Assembly (NCBI GenBank): GCA_964455555.1
Contig: CAYVXV010000002.1
Span: forward strand, 3,136-67,135
DNA from: an uncultured Pseudomonadales bacterium
GTDB lineage: Bacteria; Patescibacteriota; Microgenomatia; UBA1400; PJMF01
DNA length: 64,000 nt
Direction of reading: 5' to 3'
Shown: in pieces, positions 30,749 through 40,155 of the stretch
How the letters are laid out: every line of letters starts with the position of its first letter
How positions within the stretch are numbered: the stretch's first letter is position 1
Program-made: the position numbers and the translations under genes
Notes under the pieces: generated by a model
The model's database searches: none
What the model was told of the DNA's origin: nothing
The model's input: the letters and a program-made list of their open reading frames with translations, nothing else

Positions 30749-32380
30749 ATGTTTTCTTCAAAAAAAGCTCCTTTTGTTTATAGTTCGTGGCTGTTGCTTG
30801 TTTTAAGCGTTATTTATTTTGCCAGCCATTTAGCCGGTTTAGTTTCATTGCCGATATTTGCCGACGAAGCTATTTATGTCCGTTGGGCACAGTTGATAAT
30901 TGATGATCCTGTTAGGTATTTATTCTTTTCATTAAATGACGGAAAACCGCCGTTGTTTATCTGGTTGTTGGTCCCTTTTCAATATCTGGTTTCAGACCAA
31001 CTGCTGGCTGCCAGGCTGGTGTCGGTTTTGGTTGGCTGGGTTCAACTCCTTGTTTTTTGGCTAATAATGGAAGGGCTGCAGTTTAAAACATTTACAAAGG
31101 TTATTGGGGTATTGGCGCTGACATTGCTGCCTTTTTGGCAATTTCATCATCGACTTGCCCTGATGGATGGTTTGTTGACGCTTTTAATTTCTATCATGCT
31201 TCTCGGAGCACTATTGCTAATCACAGACCATCAAAAAAAAGGCATTTTTAGCCATCTTAAAGCACTTTTTAATCTTAAAGAAAAAAGCCGGACCAAGGCG
31301 CTCCAGCCATTGTTTTTGATAGCATTTGGGCTTGCCGGGGCTCTGTGGACTAAGCTTCCGGCTCTATTAGCCGTTCCTGGGATACTAGCCATCTTTTTGT
31401 TTCAAAAAGATTTATCTGTAAGTAGGCTAAAACCTCAATTATTTCCTGTTTTTGCCGGCATAGGGCTTGGTACGGTTGGTTTTTTATTGTTGGCTATCAG
31501 CAAGTCGTTTAACCAATTATTTACTAGGGGAGGCGATTTTTTATACCCTTTTGCAGAAGTGCTGTTTGAAAATAAATGGAGGGATACCTTAATAAATTTT
31601 CCGGCATATTCCTCCTACTTTTATACATATCTCACTCCAGCTTTGCTGATTTTTATCATTCTAGGTTTATTTTTAGCGCATCAAAAAAGATGGTCGCACG
31701 CTTTCTTCTGGGCCGGTGCTTTGTTTTTAATTCCAATTGGCCTTTTTGGAAAAGTAGTCTATCCGAGATATCTTTTTCCTGCAGCCTTATTTTTTACACT
31801 GGCAGCTCTTGCAGGCATTGATTCTTCGCTGGAGCACTGGACTGCTCTAGGAAAGAGTGCCGCAAAAAAAGACTTTAAGTATTTGGCTGCGGGCACTATT
31901 GTCATAGTGGTCTTGTTGGCCAATGCCTTTTCTCAGTCTCTGTCATTTACAGCGCAGTTGGCATTCAAACCGGATCAAACACCACTTGTTTCCTCTGACC
32001 GGCAGCAATACCTAACGGAATGGTCGTCCGGACATGGCATAAAAGAAACAGTTGATTTAATCCGGTCAGCAAGCCAAGAAGAAACAGTGGCAGTAGCTAC
32101 TGAAGGATATTTTGGAACCCTGCCGGATGGCTTGTTAGTTTATCTGCACCGAACAAACGTTGACAATATATACGTAGAGGGAGTAGGCCAACCGGTCGGT
32201 CACATCCCAGATTCGTTTATTGAAAGAGCTCAGAGCTTTGATAATATTTGGCTTGTTGTTAATGCAAACAGAATGAGGCTCTCGCTAAGCCAAGACAAGT
32301 TGATTCGAGAGTTCTGCAGGCCGTTCAGCGCCCCCTGTTTACAGGTTTGGGACATTTCCTCGATAGTAAAACAAGATTGA
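30749..32380 (+). CDS. GT-C fold membrane glycosyltransferase (GT39/83-like) with C-terminal soluble domain
   Basis: ADEAIYVRWAQ (DExxY-type first loop motif), many TM helices. Confidence 0.6.
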   Translation: MFSSKKAPFVYSSWLLLVLSVIYFASHLAGLVSLPIFADEAIYVRWAQLIIDDPVRYLFFSLNDGKPPLFIWLLVPFQYLVSDQLLAARLVSVLVGWVQLLVFWLIMEGLQFKTFTKVIGVLALTLLPFWQFHHRLALMDGLLTLLISIMLLGALLLITDHQKKGIFSHLKALFNLKEKSRTKALQPLFLIAFGLAGALWTKLPALLAVPGILAIFLFQKDLSVSRLKPQLFPVFAGIGLGTVGFLLLAISKSFNQLFTRGGDFLYPFAEVLFENKWRDTLINFPAYSSYFYTYLTPALLIFIILGLFLAHQKRWSHAFFWAGALFLIPIGLFGKVVYPRYLFPAALFFTLAALAGIDSSLEHWTALGKSAAKKDFKYLAAGTIVIVVLLANAFSQSLSFTAQLAFKPDQTPLVSSDRQQYLTEWSSGHGIKETVDLIRSASQEETVAVATEGYFGTLPDGLLVYLHRTNVDNIYVEGVGQPVGHIPDSFIERAQSFDNIWLVVNANRMRLSLSQDKLIREFCRPFSAPCLQVWDISSIVKQD

Positions 32381-32394
32381 AGCATCATTCCTTA

Positions 32395-32422
32395 TTGACG
32401 AATCTCATCTCGGACTTATAAT
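32395..32422 (+). promoter_or_regulatory. Sigma70-like promoter TTGACG-N16-TATAAT upstream of histidine kinase
   Basis: Near-consensus hexamers, 29 nt upstream of ATG. Confidence 0.5.
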
Positions 32423-32450
32423 CTGCGGGGTAATCAGATTTTTACTAGAA

Positions 32451-33221
32451 ATGGAGAGCAAATATTTACAAAAAAACACTATTAAATTGTCTTTAAAAGC
32501 AATGCGCCAGCAGCTGCTCTTAACAATATTAAAAGACAGAAAAAGTGAAAAAGACCTTCTACTAAACAGCAGAGTATTTTCTCATGCATGCAAAACTCCG
32601 CTCACAGTCTTGCTCTGCAGCCTTGAGGCAACGCTAAAGGATAAAAAGCACCACACTCCCCAAATTGAGCAGTCATTAGAAGCTGCCAAAAAAATTCGCC
32701 AACTTTTAAATCATTTAACCAACAATTCTTCTCCAAACGATCAGCTATTTTATGTCGGCCAGGCTGTTTCTGAGGTGTCAAATCTGGTCAAAGTTGCCCA
32801 TCCAACTGCTATTATTACCATTAATATTTCGGCTTCCATGCAGCTGTTGGGCCCAAAGCTTTATTTTCAAGAGGCGATTGAGTGTTTGCTGACCAATGCG
32901 TTGGAATCATATAGATCGGGGCAAAAAGCCAGGATTGCTATTTCTGCCCGGACCAGAAGGCAAAATATTCAGTTGGACATAGTAGATTCAGGCAAGGGCA
33001 TGAGTTTGCTTGAGATGCAATTATCCAAAGTCAACGGAATTACTTTTAAAAAGAATGGCGACGGCATTGGTGTTACTACCACAAACATCATAATCAAAAA
33101 ATATTTTTCAGGCACCGTGAGAATTGCAACTTGCCGCGGCGTTGGAACCCGGGTTTCTATTTTTTTTCCGCTAGTCAATCACGCGGTAGCCGAACCCTCT
33201 GACAGTTTTGAGCTGGCATGA
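32451..33221 (+). CDS. Cytoplasmic histidine kinase (no TM sensor)
   Basis: H-box FSHACKTPLTVL, N-box LLTNALESY, G1 IVDSGKGM, G2 GDGIGV; no hydrophobic segments. Confidence 0.7.
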   Translation: MESKYLQKNTIKLSLKAMRQQLLLTILKDRKSEKDLLLNSRVFSHACKTPLTVLLCSLEATLKDKKHHTPQIEQSLEAAKKIRQLLNHLTNNSSPNDQLFYVGQAVSEVSNLVKVAHPTAIITINISASMQLLGPKLYFQEAIECLLTNALESYRSGQKARIAISARTRRQNIQLDIVDSGKGMSLLEMQLSKVNGITFKKNGDGIGVTTTNIIIKKYFSGTVRIATCRGVGTRVSIFFPLVNHAVAEPSDSFELA

Positions 33222-33839
33222 TGCCGGCCCAAGCTTTACTCTGATTTTTCTTATATAAGCATCGATTGTAGAATAGGTGGGTATTTCCAGCGAGGTTCCC
33301 CATATAGCATCTATCATCTGTTCCCTGGAAACGGTTTGATTTTTTCTTTTAACTAGATAGCTAAGAATTTGGTTCTCTCTTCTTCTCAGTTGTACAGGCT
33401 TGTTATTAACTAATGCTTCTCCGGTTGCTGTTTGCAATACCAACTCACCCGCTCTTAGGTTGCCGCTAGTATTGATCTTTTCCTTACTAAGTAATTTTTC
33501 TACTTTTAGGGATAGTTCAGTTAAGGAAAAAGGTTTGGGAAGGTAGTCGTCAGCACCTTTGCTTAGCCCTAATATCCGCTGCTCTGTTTCACCTAGCTGG
33601 GAGAGCAAAATTGTACGGGTATGAAAACTGATGTCGTTCAAATATGAAACAATTTCTATTCCGTCACCGTCATCAAGTACTCGGTCTAATAAGGCGAGGT
33701 CGATGTTTTCTTTTTCAAGAATGGAGTATGCTTGTTCGACAGTGGCAGCTGTCAAACAGCGGTATTTCTCCTTTGGGAAATAATCAAGCAACTGTTTGAG
33801 CAGTAGTGGGTCGTTTTCAACGACTAAAATGTTGTTCAT
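33171..33839 (-). CDS. OmpR-family response regulator (REC + winged-helix)
   Basis: Receiver Asp-pocket (VVENDP...LALLDRVLDDGDG), C-terminal trans_reg_C (…LKTVRGFGYRV). Confidence 0.8.
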   Translation of the reverse strand: MNNILVVENDPLLLKQLLDYFPKEKYRCLTAATVEQAYSILEKENIDLALLDRVLDDGDGIEIVSYLNDISFHTRTILLSQLGETEQRILGLSKGADDYLPKPFSLTELSLKVEKLLSKEKINTSGNLRAGELVLQTATGEALVNNKPVQLRRRENQILSYLVKRKNQTVSREQMIDAIWGTSLEIPTYSTIDAYIRKIRVKLGPASCQLKTVRGFGYRVID

Positions 33840-33987
33840 GGGTCAGATAATAGAATACATAATCAATAAAACAAGTGGAGAGTACAAGCTTGGGTTCTGT
33901 TATAATCGCTAATTCCGCGTGGAAAACTAAAAGTTCTGGCTTTAGTCGCGAAAAATGGTAAACTATACCAGTCTAGTCAAGACTAAA

Positions 33988-34058
33988 TCCCGGGTAGTGA
34001 AATGGCATCACTCCAGGTTCTGAACTTGTTATCCTAGGTTCGAATCCTAGCCCGGGAT
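33988..34058 (+). tRNA. tRNA-Gln (anticodon CUG), 71 nt, no encoded CCA
   Basis: 7-bp acceptor UCCCGGG/CCCGGGA (U1:A72), U8 A9, D-arm GUGA/UCAC with GG loop, anticodon loop UUCUGAA, T-arm CUAGG-UUCGAAU-CCUAG; one C27.U43 mismatch; discriminator U. Confidence 0.6.
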
Positions 34059-34130
34059 CAACATCCTCGAAACTCTCAAATAAAGCAGTACAGTATGGCA
34101 GCTTTCTCATAAGCCTGGTATATTCTCACT

Positions 34131-34319
34131 ATGAGCAGATATGATCAAATGCCAAGGGAAGAATTAGAAACCCAAGATAACATTAAGGTTAAAGAGGTAT
34201 CTAGAGCAGAGTTTGCTCGTGTCCAAAATGAAAGAAGCGGCACTGATCTTGTAGATATAGATCAAGATACCTGGACAGAAGTTGATTCTCAGACTGATAT
34301 TTTAAATACCGGCGGGTAG
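34131..34319 (+). CDS. Small acidic hypothetical protein (62 aa)
   Basis: ORF only. Confidence 0.3.
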   Translation: MSRYDQMPREELETQDNIKVKEVSRAEFARVQNERSGTDLVDIDQDTWTEVDSQTDILNTGG

Positions 34320-34361
34320 CCTTGCGTCATTATTTTTATATTTGATAAAAAAAGAGGCACT

Positions 34362-34865
34362 GTGCTATCAGCTCATCTTTCTACTGTTAACGAAAAAAGA
34401 AACAAAAAATTCACATTGATGGAGATAGCTGCGCTGAAAAGGATCTTCACAGGCAAAGATAATGCAGATGCAATTGAAGTTGCGCCCCCACAGGCTATTG
34501 ATAGGCTTTCAGCAAAAGCTGTTGACCCATATTTTGAGGTTTATGATGAAATGATTTCATTCCTCAAGGAAAGAAATTTAGAAGATAAGAACAGTAGCTT
34601 GGAAGTATATTTGTTTGGGCATCATATGCAAGTATTTGGAACTTCTTATGCAGAAGCTTCACAAAGAATCACTGACAATGTTCTTGAACAGAGTATGTTG
34701 ACTGATACTCTGAAAAGCATTGGTATTAATGCTACTGACATCCACGACTTCAGAACTCCAGCTGAACCAAATATAGATGATATATTTTATGATTCCCAAA
34801 AAAGAATATTTTATAGACACAGAAGAAACAAGTTTGTTTTAAAAGATCATATTTACGAATATTGA
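34362..34865 (+). CDS. Hypothetical protein (167 aa)
   Basis: ORF, no motif recognised. Confidence 0.4.
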   Translation: MLSAHLSTVNEKRNKKFTLMEIAALKRIFTGKDNADAIEVAPPQAIDRLSAKAVDPYFEVYDEMISFLKERNLEDKNSSLEVYLFGHHMQVFGTSYAEASQRITDNVLEQSMLTDTLKSIGINATDIHDFRTPAEPNIDDIFYDSQKRIFYRHRRNKFVLKDHIYEY

Positions 34866-35078
34866 TCAAAACAACAAGAGATACTTTCTTCGATATATAA
34901 GCCCATAACACAAGATGTGTAAACTTGATATTTAGAGTGCTTCATGATACTATTGCAAGAATTCTGTAAGGAAAGTGGCTCATACATAATTTCCTTTATC
35001 AGATAGGTATTCATTTTTACCTGCTCGGTTAAAAATTGTGTAATTTATCAACCTAAAAAGGTTGTTGAAAGAGGAATC

Positions 35079-35786
35079 ATGGCACAATCACCAGAAATTA
35101 TCACTGAAGGACAGTCAGTAGTGGCACCCACCGTGTCCAGAAGAGAGATGTTTCAATCTCCAGATCCTGCAATACGCAGAAAGGCACAAGAGATTGCTGA
35201 AAAAAATCCGAGAAGAGAAGGAGCTTTGCCAATACAGCCAGTTGAGACAACACCAGAAAGTGCCCTTAACGGCAGGGTAGTTGCATCGAGAGAAGAAGGT
35301 GCCCTCATGAGCTTTCTTAGGAAATTTAAAAGAGAGCAGGAAGCACAAATCGGTTCTGCGCAGGAAGGAAGAGAAGTTTTGGTAGCAGAAAGAATGAGCG
35401 ATGCTGCTTTGCCAACAAAAACGGATGAAAAAACCGATTATGCTCTGGCATTGCGTGAAGTTGGCGTAGACATGAAGGATTTATCGCTCCTGGCTAAAGT
35501 TCACACACAGACTGAAGAGCAGCTCAAATTTTTGGAGGAAGCCTTTGGCCATCAACTTAAAGAAAAAAGAGTGAAAGACCAAGCCAGAGAGATTCTTTGG
35601 CAACTGAACCTTCACCATATTTTGGGCACAGGAATAAATTCCTTAATTGGCCTTTGGGTTGCATTACTTGAAGGAATTGGTGAATTAATTGCTACTTCGG
35701 CTGGTTCGGCCTCTTATGCAGTCAGGCACACTGGTCTGCAGATAAAAAGAGGTTGGGAGGAAGCCGGTAGAAGAAACGGTTATTAA
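35079..35786 (+). CDS. Hypothetical protein (235 aa) with C-terminal amphipathic/hydrophobic segment
   Basis: ORF with RBS-like AGAGGA upstream; no motif recognised. Confidence 0.4.
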   Translation: MAQSPEIITEGQSVVAPTVSRREMFQSPDPAIRRKAQEIAEKNPRREGALPIQPVETTPESALNGRVVASREEGALMSFLRKFKREQEAQIGSAQEGREVLVAERMSDAALPTKTDEKTDYALALREVGVDMKDLSLLAKVHTQTEEQLKFLEEAFGHQLKEKRVKDQAREILWQLNLHHILGTGINSLIGLWVALLEGIGELIATSAGSASYAVRHTGLQIKRGWEEAGRRNGY

Positions 35787-35819
35787 CTAACCAAATTAAT
35801 CCAAGAATAGAAAGAAATA

Positions 35820-36338
35820 ATGAATGAATTGCCCAACCCCTACCGGAGGAATCGTGGTGACGAACCTCAGGCAGCCTCAGTAGAGGAACAGACAGATTGT
35901 ATTAGAGAAGAGACGCTCGCAGCGTTAACTCCAGAGCAAAAAGCTGAAATTGTTCGTATAGCCAGAAGTGAGGCAACTACTCGATTGGAGGAGGCAGAAT
36001 ATCTAAATGAGCTAGCTAGCCATGTTGAAGATTTAAGAATTTTAAAAGTGGTTGCGAGTAGAGCAGCCTATGGCACTGGCAGAAGAGATGAAGAAACAGG
36101 TTTTCTAAACAACGGATGCGGCAAAGAATGCTGCACAAAGAAATATGAGAACAGCGACAAGCGGCTTCAGGCTGCTGCAGCATTTCTCCAGGATAGGATT
36201 GAAGTAGTTGTTGCTAGAAGAAGGAATTTTGCGAAAAAAAATCCAATTGCCGACGGTGTGGTTAAAAAATTGCTCGGTGTTGATATAAGTATAGTAGATT
36301 TGCTCAGAAGACCAGAGCCAGCAGCGCTTGGCCTTTAA
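35820..36338 (+). CDS. Hypothetical protein (172 aa) with Cys cluster GCGKECC
   Basis: ORF; 3' end overlaps convergent ORF by 4 nt. Confidence 0.4.
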   Translation: MNELPNPYRRNRGDEPQAASVEEQTDCIREETLAALTPEQKAEIVRIARSEATTRLEEAEYLNELASHVEDLRILKVVASRAAYGTGRRDEETGFLNNGCGKECCTKKYENSDKRLQAAAAFLQDRIEVVVARRRNFAKKNPIADGVVKKLLGVDISIVDLLRRPEPAALGL

Positions 36339-36919
36339 TCGGCTTTCCTAATTTTTGAAACTAGAGAACTGCCGGCTGCTTCAGCATTGATGCGTATCAG
36401 TTCATTCTGTTCATTCTCGACTCTGCTTTTCATTGGTTCTTTCAGCGTGTAGGGATATTTGCTAACAACTTCTATTGAGCTTGTTCTAGTCTCAAGTGTG
36501 AGGTTTCCGTTTCCGTTTGGAAGCTGAAAGAAGATATCGACGCTCATGATAGAGTTCTGTCTTCTAGGAACTATTGAGATCCAAAAATTCTGGTGTTTCA
36601 AAACTGCTTCCAAAGAAAGAAATTTAGTTTCTTCTCCCTGCATAAACCTGGTGTATCGCCCATATACCTGATTCGGATTTTTTGGCCTGAGACAGGGGTA
36701 AGTCTCAATTACTGGCGCTAAATTAATGGTTACAGATCTGGAATATTCATAACTAATTTGAGGAGACGTGTCCAAGCCCAGTTTTTCTTGAAGAAAAGAA
36801 GCCAATCTTTCTGCAAAACTCTGCAGCACTTCAGCATAGAAATGATCGTACCTATAAGGCTCAATTTCCTTGGGTTTGATTGTCGGTCTTACTCCGAATT
36901 CCTTGCTGATTGTTGCCAT
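36335..36919 (-). CDS. Hypothetical protein (194 aa)
   Basis: ORF; co-directional with glgP. Confidence 0.4.
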   Translation of the reverse strand: MATISKEFGVRPTIKPKEIEPYRYDHFYAEVLQSFAERLASFLQEKLGLDTSPQISYEYSRSVTINLAPVIETYPCLRPKNPNQVYGRYTRFMQGEETKFLSLEAVLKHQNFWISIVPRRQNSIMSVDIFFQLPNGNGNLTLETRTSSIEVVSKYPYTLKEPMKSRVENEQNELIRINAEAAGSSLVSKIRKAD

Positions 36920-37028
36920 AGTGGAATGCCTAAATCAATAACTAAGCAATCAAATGAGGATTATAGGATAGGATATTTAGGTTGTAAAGACGATTTCATC
37001 TAGAAAGTTGTACCAAAATGAAAGGGGC

Positions 37029-37334
37029 TTAATCAAAATTGGACTTAATGCCAACCAGCTCAATATGACTGAATCGCTTTTTCACTTCGCCCCAAAACTT
37101 TTCTGACAACCGCTGAGAATATACAGCGTTATTTCCGCGTTCGATTCCAGAACAAAGTCGCCGCTCCCAATTGCGGATAACATCCACCACCTCTTGCCCT
37201 TGTTTATGAAACTCTACTGACCACTTTTTTCTATCCTGGCGATAAGCGTCATGAACCGGTTGAAAGCTGTCAAATAAATCTGAGTTTTCATCCGTCATCA
37301 GCTGGAAATATTTTTTGTATTTTGTCATATTCAT
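37029..37334 (-). CDS. Hypothetical protein (101 aa), translationally coupled to glgP (7-nt gap)
   Basis: ORF immediately downstream of glgP stop. Confidence 0.4.
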   Translation of the reverse strand: MNMTKYKKYFQLMTDENSDLFDSFQPVHDAYRQDRKKWSVEFHKQGQEVVDVIRNWERRLCSGIERGNNAVYSQRLSEKFWGEVKKRFSHIELVGIKSNFD

Positions 37335-37340
37335 CCGCTC

Positions 37341-39029
37341 TTAACTGTACAAAAGTTTTACGTATTCATCAAGCATTCTGGTCGAACTAAACTCATTAGA
37401 TTTTGCTATAGCGGCTATCATTCTATTTACCCAATCAATAGGAATCCCGTACTCATCTCGTTGATAGTATGCCGGGACGACTGATTCTTCCAGCGTTTGA
37501 TAGATGCTGGCAGAAATGTGTTCATGGTCAAGCTTCCAGCCAAATTTATCAAAGTCAATCTCCGCTAGCCAGCCATCAGCGACACTGAGTTGAAGCACGC
37601 CGTTGGAAATTGCTTTCATGCCGGATGTACCACATGCTTCATGCCCTAATTCTGGTGTATTTAGCCAAACATCAACACCCCTGGTTAGGTGTTTGGCGAT
37701 TTCAATATTATAATTTGGAACAAACAACGCCTGACCGGAAAGTTCTTTTTGCATAAACCCAATTATTTCTTGGAGAATCTTCTTTCCTACTTCATCGCCC
37801 TGATGAACTTTGCCTGCAATAAGCAACTGAACTTTTTGATCAGGATTATGAGTTATCGATTTAAGGCGTTTCAGATCTGAAAAAAGAACATTAAGCTGTT
37901 TATAGCCAGCCAACCGCCTTGCCCAACCAATAATTAGATCTTCAGAATTATAGCCATATCCTGTTTTCTGTTTTATGAATGACTCTGTTTGTTTTTTAAG
38001 TTCCAGGTGAGCTTGCCATAACTCGTTTGGCATTAATTGTAAGGCAGGGAGGCTGGAATCCTGCCAAGTGGGAAGGTGCACGCCATTTGTAATAGAAGCC
38101 CATTGGTAATTTGGCCAATATTCCTCTGATAACTTGCTGTGAAACTTGCTCACACCATTTGCTTTTCTGGAGCTGTTTAAGGCAAAATCAGTCACAGAGA
38201 AAGCAGTTCCTTCTGCATTCATTCCAGGCAATAGTAAGCGCTCAACATTGATGTTCATTTTATCCGCATAATAAGCAGCATATTTTTCAATCAGTTCCCG
38301 CTGATACTGTTTATTTCCGGCAGGAACAAGAGTGTGGTTGGTATAAACAGTCTGGTCTACTGCAAGCTGCCTGGCTGCGGTGTAATCAATTCGGTGCGTG
38401 TCCATCAGAGCGCGAATTAGCTGCCAGTGCAAAAAGGCCGGCCGGCCTTCGTTCATATGGTAAACTGAGGGGACAATTCCAAGTTTGCGCAAAACCTTCA
38501 CTCCACCAATACCAAGCAGCAGCTGTTGTTGAAATTGCTCTTCATCTGTTCCGAAATAAAGTTTTCTGGTTAGGTTTCTTTCCTTCAGCTCATTTTGGTC
38601 TGTTTCAGCATCGAGCAGGTAAAGTACAACTTCGTCGGAGAAGGTTTTCTTCCAGACCCTGAGCCAGACTTCTTTAACACTTAGGTGTACTTTGACAAAC
38701 AGGGGCCCTTCATCAACATAAACATGCTCTATTCCTGCTGAAACAGGATCGAAGGCAAAGTCAGATTCCTGCTGCAAACCTTCCTCTGTTATCTCTTGCA
38801 CCATTTGGTCGCCTCGGTAGAGCAAGCCAATTCCAACAAATGGCAACTTTTTGTCTGAAGCCTCCTTAATTGTATCGCCGGCTAAAATACCCAGTCCTCC
38901 TGCGTACCACGGAAGATTGACATCAATTCCATATTCAGCACAAAAATATGCTATAGGGTGTTGAGGGGAAACTTGGACAGCCATAGATTTATTCTTACGC
39001 TCAGAAATAGAATCTGTTACAGTGTACAT
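37341..39029 (-). CDS. glgP: Alpha-glucan (glycogen/maltodextrin) phosphorylase, short GT35 form
   Basis: N-terminal AYFCAEYGI...LPWYAGGLGILAGD; PLP-lysine region GTSGMKAISNGVLQLSVADGW. Confidence 0.8.
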   Translation of the reverse strand: MYTVTDSISERKNKSMAVQVSPQHPIAYFCAEYGIDVNLPWYAGGLGILAGDTIKEASDKKLPFVGIGLLYRGDQMVQEITEEGLQQESDFAFDPVSAGIEHVYVDEGPLFVKVHLSVKEVWLRVWKKTFSDEVVLYLLDAETDQNELKERNLTRKLYFGTDEEQFQQQLLLGIGGVKVLRKLGIVPSVYHMNEGRPAFLHWQLIRALMDTHRIDYTAARQLAVDQTVYTNHTLVPAGNKQYQRELIEKYAAYYADKMNINVERLLLPGMNAEGTAFSVTDFALNSSRKANGVSKFHSKLSEEYWPNYQWASITNGVHLPTWQDSSLPALQLMPNELWQAHLELKKQTESFIKQKTGYGYNSEDLIIGWARRLAGYKQLNVLFSDLKRLKSITHNPDQKVQLLIAGKVHQGDEVGKKILQEIIGFMQKELSGQALFVPNYNIEIAKHLTRGVDVWLNTPELGHEACGTSGMKAISNGVLQLSVADGWLAEIDFDKFGWKLDHEHISASIYQTLEESVVPAYYQRDEYGIPIDWVNRMIAAIAKSNEFSSTRMLDEYVKLLYS

Positions 39030-39064
39030 AGTACAACATTTGAGGGTACTTAGGAAACAGCTTT

Positions 39065-40123
39065 ATGAACTACAGCGATATTATTTCTTTGCTTGGAGAT
39101 GATGCAAAGACACTTTTGGAACATAGTTCTGAGAAGATCTCTAAAGAGTTAATTTTTGCCCCAGGGAAAAATGCCCACAAACTTGTCTTTCAGGATTCAG
39201 ACAGGCCGCAGAAGGTTAAACAGAACTTGGATAGGCTATATAAGCAGGGCAGATTGGGCGACAGCGGATATCTGTCAATATTTCCGGTCGACCAGGGTTT
39301 GGAGCATTCTGCTGCCTATTCTTTTTACAAAAACCAATTGTTTTTTGACCCGGAAAACATTGTGAAATTTGCTATCGAAGCAGAAAGCAGCGCTGTGGTG
39401 AGTAGCGCAGGTGTATTAGGAATGGTTTCTGGAAAATATGCCAGGAAAATACCTTTTATTGTTAAGCTCAACCACAGTGAACACTTAACAAAGCCGCCTG
39501 TTACAAATCAAATCCCTTTTTCATCTGTTCAGCGGGCTTACGATATGGGTGCAGCCGGGGTAGGGGCAACCATTTACTTCGGTTCAGACCTATCTCACCG
39601 CCAGATTGAGGAAGTCGCTTCGGCCTTCGATGAGGCTCATAGCCTCGGTATGTTCACAGTCCTCTGGTGTTATCCGAGAAACGACAATTACAAAAAAGAT
39701 AATATAGATTATGCCACGGCGGTTGATATTACTTCCCAAGCATGCCACCTGGGAGTAACAATAGGGGCTGATTTGATTAAACAGAAGATGCCTTCCAACA
39801 AACATGCTTTCAAGGAATTGAAATTCGGCAAATATACCGATGACATGTACTCAGCATTGCTGACAGACAACCCAATTGACCTTATTAGATATCAGGTTGC
39901 TCATTGCTACTTTGGCAGGGTTGGATTGGTTAATTCTGGAGGTGAATCAACAGGGGAAAACGACCTAAAAGACGCTGTAAGAGATGCAATAATCAACAAG
40001 CGCGGAGGCGGCTCGGGTTTAATTATGGGCAGAAAACTTTTCAAGCGGCCTTGGAATGAGGGTTTGGAGATTGTAAGGGCAGTTCAGGATGTTTATCTGA
40101 TGCCTGAGGTTACTTTGGCCTAG
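39065..40123 (+). CDS. fbaB: Class I fructose-bisphosphate aldolase (FbaB/DhnA archaeal type)
   Basis: End-to-end similarity to E. coli FbaB including GYLSI(F/L)PVDQG(L/V)EHSA, IPF(I/L)VKLNH, TIGADI(I/V)KQKM, GR(K)(L/A)FK. Confidence 0.85.
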   Translation: MNYSDIISLLGDDAKTLLEHSSEKISKELIFAPGKNAHKLVFQDSDRPQKVKQNLDRLYKQGRLGDSGYLSIFPVDQGLEHSAAYSFYKNQLFFDPENIVKFAIEAESSAVVSSAGVLGMVSGKYARKIPFIVKLNHSEHLTKPPVTNQIPFSSVQRAYDMGAAGVGATIYFGSDLSHRQIEEVASAFDEAHSLGMFTVLWCYPRNDNYKKDNIDYATAVDITSQACHLGVTIGADLIKQKMPSNKHAFKELKFGKYTDDMYSALLTDNPIDLIRYQVAHCYFGRVGLVNSGGESTGENDLKDAVRDAIINKRGGGSGLIMGRKLFKRPWNEGLEIVRAVQDVYLMPEVTLA

Positions 40124-40155
40124 CAGAGCCTTCCGGTTTTAAGCCCTTATCCACA

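Noticed and set aside
33840-33987. Promoter assignment for the tRNA and the response regulator from TATAAT-like hexamers (e.g. ttataatcgc)
   Set aside because: The -35/-10 spacing was not convincing for either strand, so I left them unannotated rather than guess.
33988-34058. Initial impression that the tRNA-like element is a pseudogene with a broken anticodon stem
   Set aside because: Correct antiparallel pairing gives 4 of 5 anticodon-stem pairs (one G.U) with a single C27.U43 mismatch. All other cloverleaf elements are canonical, so I call it tRNA-Gln(CUG) at moderate confidence.
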